NCBI GenBank assembly: GCA_027319905.1
Contig: DAHVMJ010000007.1
Coordinates: forward strand, 1 to 37,083
Reading direction: 5' to 3'
DNA: 37,083 bases
Origin: Candidatus Micrarchaeota archaeon
GTDB lineage: Archaea > Micrarchaeota > Micrarchaeia > Micrarchaeales > CABMGC01
The position numbers were made by a program, and so were the translations under genes. Shown here piece after piece: positions 8,164-15,898 of the stretch. Each line of letters opens with the position of its first letter. The stretch's first letter is position 1. Under the pieces are notes generated by a model, which was not told where the DNA came from, made no database searches, and saw nothing but the letters and a program-made list of their open reading frames with translations.

Positions 8164-9054
8164 CTACTCTGCAATGCTCTTGCTTACTACGCGGAATGCA
8201 AGCGATGACAGCTCCGCCTTGACGTACGCTTCTCTCTCTACAGTGCTGCTGGTCCTTATGTCCACCCCGTACGCGTTTGTGCCGATATCGGTGAGCAGCA
8301 CCTCCGGCTTTGCCTTCATGTTGTCTTTCAGCTTCTTGTGCTTTTCCATCTCGTTCATAATGCTTCTCCTGAATCCGGCGAAGTCGACGCTCGTAGGCAG
8401 TTCGACTCTGAAGTTTATCTGTATCACGTCAGACACAGTGTAGTTGATTATAACAGCTTGGTTCATCACACCGTTAGGCACGAACAGGGCGGTGCCGTCA
8501 TCAAGAACAAGCTTTGTGTACATGAGCCCAATCTCGTGAACCTTACCTGAGTACCCTGGCAGCATGGCCCTGTGGGAGTATGAAGGCGGCAGCATGCCGT
8601 ATTGCCATGTGGAGAATGTTACCCTGTCCCCCACAGCGAAGGGTTTCGCAGCCATCATCGCTATGCCTGCAAACAGGTTTCCCAGAGTCGACTGCGACGC
8701 CAGACCGATCACTATGCCGAGGAAACCTGCACCTACCAGCAGGCCGGTGACGTTCACCTGAAACAGGGCGAGTACGAGGAATGCTATTATGACGTAGCCG
8801 AGCATGCTGACGAACTTGGCTATAGGGCCTTCGTCAAATCTTGGTCTGCTCTTGCCGTAGCTGAGTATCCCGCGCGCAAGGAGCCAGATCATAGCGTAGC
8901 CCAGAACAACAGTAAGAATTGCGTCGAATGCCCTGCCATACTGTGCTTCAGGCAGTCCAAGATAAGAGAGTACAGCGCCCGAAGTGAAAAACAGCACTAC
9001 CGCTGCCACAGCCAACAGAAAGACGCCAAACAGGTGCATGTAGTAACTCTTCAT
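8164..9054 (-). CDS. mscS: Small-conductance mechanosensitive channel (MscS family)
   Basis: LLVGAGFLGIVIGLASQSTLGNLFAGI, KPFAVGDRV, GKVHEIGLMYT, VPNG. Confidence 0.92.
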   Translation of the reverse strand: MKSYYMHLFGVFLLAVAAVVLFFTSGAVLSYLGLPEAQYGRAFDAILTVVLGYAMIWLLARGILSYGKSRPRFDEGPIAKFVSMLGYVIIAFLVLALFQVNVTGLLVGAGFLGIVIGLASQSTLGNLFAGIAMMAAKPFAVGDRVTFSTWQYGMLPPSYSHRAMLPGYSGKVHEIGLMYTKLVLDDGTALFVPNGVMNQAVIINYTVSDVIQINFRVELPTSVDFAGFRRSIMNEMEKHKKLKDNMKAKPEVLLTDIGTNAYGVDIRTSSTVEREAYVKAELSSLAFRVVSKSIAE

Positions 9055-9137
9055 CCTCACCCTCAGATAAAACGATTATCTAAACACCAGAAATAAAAAC
9101 GTTATGCTGAGGCTGCTCGGCGCGCATGCGAGCAGGC

Positions 9138-9536
9138 TCATTGCCTGTTTTCGCTGCCTTTCGGCACGAACCTCAGGGATATCGAGTTGACGCAGTGCCT
9201 GACGTTCTTCAGCGTGAACATCTCACCCGTGAAGACGTGGCCCAGATGAGCACCACAGTTCGCGCATTCTATCTCTGTTCTCTCACCGTCAGGGTCAGGC
9301 TTGCGTTTCACTGCGCCTTTTATCTCCTGATCAAAACTCGGCCATCCGCAATGCGCATCAAACTTGTCCTCTGACTTGTAAAGGGGCGCACCGCAACGCC
9401 TGCACACATAGGTGCCTGGCTTGAAGTTGCTCTCGTACTCGCCGCTGAATGGCGCCTCTGTGCCTTTGTGAACAATGACCTCTTCCTCCCCTTTGGTCAG
9501 CTTGCTCCATTCCTGCTTCTTTCCCACCATGCCCAT
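9138..9536 (-). CDS. msrB: Peptide methionine-R-sulfoxide reductase
   Basis: GTEAPFSGEY, CRRC, CGWPSF, CANCGAHLGHVF, RHCVNS. Confidence 0.96.
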   Translation of the reverse strand: MGMVGKKQEWSKLTKGEEEVIVHKGTEAPFSGEYESNFKPGTYVCRRCGAPLYKSEDKFDAHCGWPSFDQEIKGAVKRKPDPDGERTEIECANCGAHLGHVFTGEMFTLKNVRHCVNSISLRFVPKGSENRQ

Positions 9537-9561
9537 ATATTATCTCTACAAATGTTTTATA

Positions 9562-9815
9562 ATGGGGGACTGATACCTCTGTCTTATGGGAAAACTCGAT
9601 CCAGAAAAGGCAGGTATTCTCTACTGAGCATGCGAAGACGGCGCACAACCTACAGGCAGTAGACGATGCGACAAAGCAGAAAATGACGAACGCGGTAAAG
9701 GAGCAGAAGTCTCAGGTCTTCCGCTCCTCAGCCCAAGCCCCAGCCCGCGCCAAAGCCACAGCAACCTGCGCCTGCCGCACCCGCAGCGCCTCAGCAACCT
9801 CCGAAACCACAGTAG
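9562..9815 (+). pseudogene. Probable small gene with Pro/Gln-rich tail, broken by two +1 frameshifts
   Basis: ATGGGGG run at 9562, open frame ...WENSIQKRQVF...AVKEQKSQ, then APQPKPQPAPKPQQPAPAAPAAPQQPPKPQ* in the +1 frame ending at TAG 9813-9815. Confidence 0.4.
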
Positions 9816-9898
9816 AGAGGTAGGTTAGCAGGCCACAAGCCTGATAACAGAATAACAACAAACAATAGTAATATTGGTAAATATATCAATGCTTATAT

Positions 9899-10282
9899 AT
9901 GATTCAAGGCACAATAATTCTGGGTATAATGAGGTCTAGCGCTATAGCTTCTGGGAGCATGGAAGTGGTCATGGGATCCGCCTCAGCGTACAGTTTGATT
10001 GAGGGCGCATCTCAACTGAAAGAGCTGGCAAGAGGCTCCGCCTCTACGGCAATCAAGGTGGCGGCCCAGCCTAACGGCATACTTGATAAGATTGGCAGCA
10101 TAGCGGGTGGCTACGTGACCGGCACTGTAGAGATCATTGCTGGAATCGCGCTCGCAAGCGTCGCATACAAACTTGGTTCTATATTCTACAACTCACTGAA
10201 AGACGAACAGGAAGACGATGAGCGTCGCTTTCTGGGCCAGGCACTGCGTGGCGCTCTGCGCGGCCTTAAGATAAAGGGCTAG
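9899..10282 (+). CDS. Hypothetical membrane protein
   Basis: Ala/Gly/Ser-rich ORF with a hydrophobic segment (VEIIAGIALASVAY); AT-rich upstream region. Confidence 0.6.
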   Translation: MIQGTIILGIMRSSAIASGSMEVVMGSASAYSLIEGASQLKELARGSASTAIKVAAQPNGILDKIGSIAGGYVTGTVEIIAGIALASVAYKLGSIFYNSLKDEQEDDERRFLGQALRGALRGLKIKG

Positions 10283-10312
10283 ACGCCTTAGAAAACAAAC
10301 ACGTGTGATTGG

Positions 10313-10855
10313 ATGGTGTGGGGATTCTCGAAGAAGGATGCGACTGTCTCAAAGATGAGCGTCGAAGAGTACGAGAGCAGGCAGATCCAGATAAAGCGGG
10401 ATAACGAGGTATATGACTACCCAAGACTCGAGCAGAGCAAGAGGGACGGCAGATCTTATCTTTGCGATGTGACGGACGAGGGCAACTTCTACATGCTGCT
10501 TGACGATGACAGAAAGATAGTGACTGTGGATGGGATCGCCACACCTCAGGTATTCATCGGAAAGAATACGTCATTTGTGGCTTCTCGCGCCGCGGTTCCG
10601 AGCTCCATGGTGAACGGAGCAAAACTCAGAGCCGCGATGAGGAAAAGTCTGGAAGAGTGCACAGCCAGCTCCGATTTCTTTTCGATAAAGAGCGTAAGAG
10701 AGGAGCTACGTGCTCAGATAGACAGAGACACGGACAGCGAAGAGACGGCAGTAATAGTGCTGACTACCGGTCTTGATAAGCAAGTGGAGTTCATCTATGC
10801 GATGGAACAGATGCAGAAGTTGCTGCAGCTGACCGTGGATCAGTTGTGGGTGTAA
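10313..10855 (+). CDS. Hypothetical protein
   Basis: 180-aa ORF with plausible composition, co-oriented with neighbours. Confidence 0.65.
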   Translation: MVWGFSKKDATVSKMSVEEYESRQIQIKRDNEVYDYPRLEQSKRDGRSYLCDVTDEGNFYMLLDDDRKIVTVDGIATPQVFIGKNTSFVASRAAVPSSMVNGAKLRAAMRKSLEECTASSDFFSIKSVREELRAQIDRDTDSEETAVIVLTTGLDKQVEFIYAMEQMQKLLQLTVDQLWV

Positions 10856-10887
10856 AGAGAGATTTAGAATTTCTAAAATGATGTTGG

Positions 10888-11406
10888 ATGATGCATATGC
10901 GCCAAGCCACTACCGCTCTGCTTGTTATTGACGTACATAGCGGATCTGAGTACAGCAGCCAGGCATCCGAAACAATATCCAACATAAGGACGCTTGTAAA
11001 GTCATTCAGAAGCGAGGAGCGACCTGTGATCTTTGTCAAGTTTCCTGGTGACAAGATACACCCCAAGCTCAGGCCCAGAAAGGATGAAGTAGTAATGGAC
11101 AAGTCGTTCGCTAGCGCATTTAACAATACACCTATGCGCCAGATACTCAGGGATAGAAAGGTTCAGAGGCTTGTGGTAGGTGGGTTCTTCACGCAACTGT
11201 GCGTTCTTTCCACCGTGCTTGAGGGCGCTCGTACCGGCTATGAGATTGCAGTGGTTCGGGAATGCTGCTTCCCCGCAGGACCTGGGACCTTTCAGGGAGA
11301 GGATAGAAAAGCATTCAAGAGAATGGATGATGCAGGAGTTGCGGTGCTGAGCAGTTGTGAGCTACCATCTTTCGTCAAGGGCCATAAAACAGGCCTACTT
11401 CCATAG
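10888..11406 (+). CDS. Isochorismatase-like cysteine hydrolase
   Basis: ALLVIDV, K..ASAFNNT, VVGGFFTQLCVLST (D-K-C triad), VVRECC. Confidence 0.85.
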   Translation: MMHMRQATTALLVIDVHSGSEYSSQASETISNIRTLVKSFRSEERPVIFVKFPGDKIHPKLRPRKDEVVMDKSFASAFNNTPMRQILRDRKVQRLVVGGFFTQLCVLSTVLEGARTGYEIAVVRECCFPAGPGTFQGEDRKAFKRMDDAGVAVLSSCELPSFVKGHKTGLLP

Positions 11407-11822
11407 AGAAGAAAAATGACCATCTCGTAGACTCATACGCTTGACTTCCATACAGATGTAATGATAATTGAATCTTGCAAAAGCTTACGTTCCGCATTTA
11501 TGGAAAACAAGGGCTCTGGGTCAAGGAACCACCATTGAGCCATGAAACAGGTCCAATGGGCGGGCCTCTCCTCGTGCGGCATTTTTTCTGCCACATGCAT
11601 GGAAAATAGCCACACTATATTCATAATATCGAAACGTCATTCTCTTGGCAAGAAATCTAACAACAACAATGCTATCGTCGTAAAAACTTGCCCGCAATTG
11701 AGCTATGAACAGAGATAGCCTGCTTGCCGTGAAATTATTGGCATACAGAAATCGTCTACCCAGAGGCAAATGCGCAAGGATTTTAGTTTTGCCAATAAAC
11801 ACTTAGAAAAACCAACAAAGAA

Positions 11823-12086
11823 TCAGTATCCATCTGCGTCCGCCTTTCTTCTGTCAGTCTTCATCTTTCCCGTAAGCCTTACGCATACTTCTAAGAAATC
11901 ATTCCGCGGGGATTCGGCAGACAGGCCGGTTCCTGTGATGTAGTTGCTCAGCGAGATCTCGTGCCACTTGAATGCTTCTTCGCAGCTTTCGCGGAGCAGA
12001 TCGTCTCCAAGCATCTCCGCAAGTACGCTGTCAGATTCTATTGCAACCGCACGTTCGAACTCCCTGAGCTTGCTTGCTGGCGCCAT
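11823..12086 (-). CDS. Small hypothetical protein
   Basis: ATG at 12086 (MAPASKLREFE...), 87 aa; upstream extension of the ORF overlaps the phosphoesterase and is probably spurious. Confidence 0.45.
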   Translation of the reverse strand: MAPASKLREFERAVAIESDSVLAEMLGDDLLRESCEEAFKWHEISLSNYITGTGLSAESPRNDFLEVCVRLTGKMKTDRRKADADGY

Positions 12087-12198
12087 AGCATAGCAGACAA
12101 CATACAGAATCTTAATACAGGCCCCCCCAGTCTCTTCCAAAGATAGAGTTAGAAAAACCAAGACCATGCTGGCATGCCTGCGGTTTCCCGCGTACGGT

Positions 12199-13065
12199 TC
12201 AGACCAGTTTGACAAGGCCTTCTCTTGTTGCAGTTCTGTCAACAGCACTGTCTCTTGCCAGGGAGCTGAACACTCTGTTGCGTTCCGCATTGAATTTGTT
12301 CACGTTCTCTATGACGTCGGCCATCCTCTCCCTCACTGCCGGTATGCTGAACTTGTATTTCGGCATGGTGTCCTGATACAGTGTGATGTCCTTCTGCCTT
12401 GTGTCTATGACCGCGTAGCCCTTGTTGTCCTGGCCGCTGTCTATCCTTATGCTCAGTATGTCGCGCGACTCTATTATGGGCGCAATGGTGAAGGGCCCGA
12501 AACCCAGGTGGCCGCTCAGCGTGATCTTCGGTGCGGCTATGTCTGCGGCAAGCTTCGCGGCGAGTACGTTCTCCGCCCCAAGGAGCTTCTTCCTGTACAG
12601 CGCTACCGGCGGGCTCTCGTGCATGCAGAGGAAGTCGACCTTGTCTCGTAGCCCCTCTGCAACCTTCACGAACTGCTCCGGGGTCTTCCTCGGCACCCTG
12701 CGCTTCTGCTTTCCAGTATGTGTCACTATTCCGTTGATGAACCCAAACCTCTGTCCGTAGAAATCGCGTATGTCACTATCGTTCATGAGTAGGGGGCTGC
12801 CGTCCACGTTCTTCACTCTCTTCAGCAGGTGGTAGTTGTCGTGGTTGCCGTACAGGGAGTACACTCTGTAGTCTCGCACGAGCTCGTCCCACTCCTGCCT
12901 GGTGACTGAATCCCCGAGATCGCCAAGGTTTATTATAGTATCAACTCCCCTGGCCTCCGCGGTCTGTCTCAGCCACGGAAGTGACTTGGCTTCGTCGAAG
13001 CCCTGCAGGTGGTATCTTCTCTTTCCAGTTTCGTAGTGTATATCGCTAACGACAAGTATCTTCAT
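12199..13065 (-). CDS. Calcineurin-like metallophosphoesterase
   Basis: SDIH, NLGDLGD, GNHD, MHESP, SGHLG motifs; GAGGT ribosome-binding site 6 nt upstream. Confidence 0.88.
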   Translation of the reverse strand: MKILVVSDIHYETGKRRYHLQGFDEAKSLPWLRQTAEARGVDTIINLGDLGDSVTRQEWDELVRDYRVYSLYGNHDNYHLLKRVKNVDGSPLLMNDSDIRDFYGQRFGFINGIVTHTGKQKRRVPRKTPEQFVKVAEGLRDKVDFLCMHESPPVALYRKKLLGAENVLAAKLAADIAAPKITLSGHLGFGPFTIAPIIESRDILSIRIDSGQDNKGYAVIDTRQKDITLYQDTMPKYKFSIPAVRERMADVIENVNKFNAERNRVFSSLARDSAVDRTATREGLVKLV

Positions 13066-13085
13066 TGTATTACCTCTTGCTTCTG

Positions 13086-14021
13086 CTAACTTCGTAGTCC
13101 TCCGAGCTCCGGCGCGTCAATCTGCTGAGCATAGTGCTCCGCTACCTTGTTCCACGCAACAACGCGTAGATGCCTCTCTATGTCCCTGCTGGTCTTCAGC
13201 TTGTCGAGCGCCCTGACAAACCATGTCTTGTACGTGTGCTCCAGATGCCTTATGTCGTAATTCACCACATCGGCGTACATGTACCTCAGCTCTTCGGTGA
13301 ACTTCTCCATGCTGAAAACTATCTTTCCTGTCCTCTTGTTTAGGTGCTTGAAGTAGTCGTCAAGCACGCTCTCGTCTACGCTCTTATCTAGCTGGCCTGT
13401 GAATTCGTTCACGTTCTCTCCAAAGTGGTTGAAGATTGTGTTGATGATGTCGCAGGCGTCCTTGTGCTGCGTGCTCTTCCCCCTGTCTGCCCACGCGTAG
13501 AACTTCATCAATATGAATATGCTCGGGTCCGGCACCTTGTACTCGAACTGCCTGTTTCCCACAACTCTCCTCTCTATATGTGCGGTGCTGACTATGTCAG
13601 ATTTCCTTACGCCGCTCATCCTGCAGTCGCCGTAGTGCAGATCTATCTTCCCGCCGTCTTCCAGGTCGGTTATCGTAAGTTTGAATGGGAACGCCTTGGA
13701 TATCTTCAGCTCAAAATGAAGAGGATCCGCCCTCTCCTGCCAGGCAGCCAAAGTCTCGCGGCTTATGATGTCCGCCTTAGCTACAAAATCCCTGTCAGGG
13801 GTGAAGCGAGAGTCCTGCGAGTTCAGCAGGTTGGAGGCGAGTCCGCCTATAGGCACTACGTTTCCCTTGCCGAATAGTGCCTCAAGCCTTTCATACTTGT
13901 TGGCAAAATTCGATAGCCCGACGCTGTTCTCCTGCGGCCTGGCGATCGACAAGATCGCAGCTGCGCTGACACGTGGTTGCGTCTCTTTGTGATCAGAACT
14001 CTGTCTGACTTGGTCTACCAT
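13086..14021 (-). CDS. Pol-beta superfamily nucleotidyltransferase, AbiEii/AbiGii-like
   Basis: IGGLA...RFTPDRDFV, KIDL, ILMKFYAWADR...KDACDI. Confidence 0.7.
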   Translation of the reverse strand: MVDQVRQSSDHKETQPRVSAAAILSIARPQENSVGLSNFANKYERLEALFGKGNVVPIGGLASNLLNSQDSRFTPDRDFVAKADIISRETLAAWQERADPLHFELKISKAFPFKLTITDLEDGGKIDLHYGDCRMSGVRKSDIVSTAHIERRVVGNRQFEYKVPDPSIFILMKFYAWADRGKSTQHKDACDIINTIFNHFGENVNEFTGQLDKSVDESVLDDYFKHLNKRTGKIVFSMEKFTEELRYMYADVVNYDIRHLEHTYKTWFVRALDKLKTSRDIERHLRVVAWNKVAEHYAQQIDAPELGGLRS

Positions 14022-14094
14022 GCTGTGATTAAAGGTTCTTCCCTATATAAGCATTGACCTATAATCGTTTTTGCTATGTATTTCTGTTATTCTG

Positions 14095-14736
14095 CTACCT
14101 GCGATTAGAGCTTCGCTTGGTTGACCTTCGCGTCTGCTTGCCCCTGCCAGCGCGCTCAACTCGCTCCACTGCCTTCTTCGCAGCTTTCGCTGCGCGTTTT
14201 CCTCCCATCTTGAAGTAGTAGTAGAGACCGCCAGCAGCCACAAGTCCAGCGATTATTCCGCCTGCGACAGCAAAGAGAAGCACGTTGAACTTGGGTGGCG
14301 AAGCCATGATGTCATAGAGCTTGACCACGCCCACGTTGAAGATTGCTCCGCTCGCCGAGGTCTGATTGGCAGTCTGGCCTGCTGCCGTGGCGCCCTTCCA
14401 CACTGTGCCCGGAATCGCGTTCGCAGGCATCGATGCGGTTATATTCAGGAATAGGTATTGGTGTGGCGCTAGCGTTCCATTAGAAGGCGAAACAACCACG
14501 TTCGGGGTGGTCATGTTCGGAATCGAATTTACCTGCGTGAGCGTCGTGAAGTAGATTGTCAGGTTGCTGCAGCTGTTGAAGATCTCCATCTGCTGTGTCT
14601 GGCTGCTTCCTGCACTTATGTTGAAGCTTACCTTGCCTGCAACCTCTCCTATGCATGCGGATGAGATGCCTGACGCTAATATTATTGTCAGAACAAAAGC
14701 GGATGCAAATCCGAGTCCATTACCCACTAAACACAA
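14095..14736 (-). CDS. Membrane-anchored Ig-like protein, PapD/DUF916-like putative assembly chaperone
   Basis: Signal peptide, FNISAGSSQTQQMEIFN, VSPSNGTLAPHQYLFLNITASMP..PG, C-terminal TM helix and Lys/Arg tail. The CDS is clear; the function is inferred. Confidence 0.6.
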   Translation of the reverse strand: MCLVGNGLGFASAFVLTIILASGISSACIGEVAGKVSFNISAGSSQTQQMEIFNSCSNLTIYFTTLTQVNSIPNMTTPNVVVSPSNGTLAPHQYLFLNITASMPANAIPGTVWKGATAAGQTANQTSASGAIFNVGVVKLYDIMASPPKFNVLLFAVAGGIIAGLVAAGGLYYYFKMGGKRAAKAAKKAVERVERAGRGKQTRRSTKRSSNRR

Positions 14737-14745
14737 CTCTTAGCT

Positions 14746-15315
14746 TCAGCAAGAGAGCGAGACAGTTATGCCCTGGCTGTATGTTCCCGTTGCCTGATAT
14801 GCCGGTACGTTTACTCCAAAGTAGATGGTGTTTGAGACAACCGGGCTTGGAGAGACGTAAAGCTGCGTATCCGTAGCTATAGAGTTTGTAAGCGCATTTG
14901 CGGGAAGGTTGCTACCGGTATCGCTCGTTGGGTTCCAGAGCGTGTTGCTAACCCCGAAACTGTTGCTGCCCGAAACCCAGTTTCCTGTGCCGCTATCGCT
15001 GATTGAGTAAAGCACTATGTTTGATCCTACGGTTCCGGAATCTCCTATTGTCACCGCGTTTGCTGTTGGAGCGAAGGATCCTGCCTTAGTCTGCGGGAAC
15101 GTTATGAGCGGGTTAGAGAGTGTTGGAACGCAGACTCCCTGAACTGTGAGCGATACTGAAATTGTGTTTACGGTGTTTGTTGCTGCAGCCACGATTCCCA
15201 CATAGCCAAGCATCTCAACGAGCGTAAGTGCTATGAGTGAGGCCACGATTCCGAAAGCAATCGCTGGCACTACCTGCTTCTGGCGCACATTCCTTGATTT
15301 GTTGCCGTTCAACAT
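14746..15315 (-). CDS. Exported pilin-like subunit 2 (Csu/spore-coat-U/WxL-like)
   Basis: Long signal, NTISVSLTV then Cys62, SNTLWNPT, TIYFGVNVP, GTYSQGITVSLSC; 7-nt overlap with the upstream paralog. Confidence 0.7.
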   Translation of the reverse strand: MLNGNKSRNVRQKQVVPAIAFGIVASLIALTLVEMLGYVGIVAAATNTVNTISVSLTVQGVCVPTLSNPLITFPQTKAGSFAPTANAVTIGDSGTVGSNIVLYSISDSGTGNWVSGSNSFGVSNTLWNPTSDTGSNLPANALTNSIATDTQLYVSPSPVVSNTIYFGVNVPAYQATGTYSQGITVSLSC

Positions 15316-15824
15316 GATAACATCACATTTACATCTCCGGTGTACGTTCCCGGAGGCGAGATAGAAGGCACCAGGAAGCCGAAGTAGACTGTGTTCGTAC
15401 CGCCATCAAGAGGAACCACTATGCCTGTGTCAGATCCCGTAATAGAGGTCGTGAGTGCGTTGCCTGTGCTACCGCCTGAGTAGGTGGGATTCCAGAGTAT
15501 GTTGCTAACTCCAATAGTGTTGCTGAGATACGTGAGAGCTGAGCCGTATACGAATATGTTGCTTGCAGTGTTACCGAAGTTCGTCACGGTGACAACATTG
15601 GCATTTGTTGGCGAACTGCCAGCAGGCGTCGAAGGAACAATTATCGCTGTGTTGCTTGCAAGTGGAATGCACGTGTTGGGAACTGCGACATTGGCTCCGA
15701 TGGAGTTGGTTGATGCGGAGACGATGGTTACCTGGCCGATGACTCCGTAAAGCGCAAATGCGGTCAGCGATGCCACTAGAGCAAACGTTAAAGCTGACCA
15801 GACTAACTCGTTGTTGTGATTCAT
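15309..15824 (-). CDS. Exported pilin-like subunit 1
   Basis: Long signal, NSIGANVAV then Cys52, SNILWNPT, TVYFGFLVP, GTYTGDVNVMLSC. Confidence 0.7.
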   Translation of the reverse strand: MNHNNELVWSALTFALVASLTAFALYGVIGQVTIVSASTNSIGANVAVPNTCIPLASNTAIIVPSTPAGSSPTNANVVTVTNFGNTASNIFVYGSALTYLSNTIGVSNILWNPTYSGGSTGNALTTSITGSDTGIVVPLDGGTNTVYFGFLVPSISPPGTYTGDVNVMLSC

Positions 15825-15865
15825 TTAGCCGCCGTGAACTAAAACAGGTTATCTCTTATACTGCA

Positions 15866-15880
15866 ACCTATTTAAATATA
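15866..15880 (-). promoter_or_regulatory. TATA-like box for the pilin-pilin-chaperone sub-operon
   Basis: Minus-strand TATATTTAAATAGG in the 74-bp gap between the adhesin stop and the pilin 1 start. Confidence 0.5.
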
Positions 15881-15898
15881 CGTTTTGCACATGCGCGG

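Noticed and set aside
14746..15824. Type IV pilin or archaellin identity for the small subunits
   Set aside because: No clear class III cleavage motif, an AxA-like site follows the hydrophobic stretch, and no assembly ATPase or TadC-like gene is in the locus
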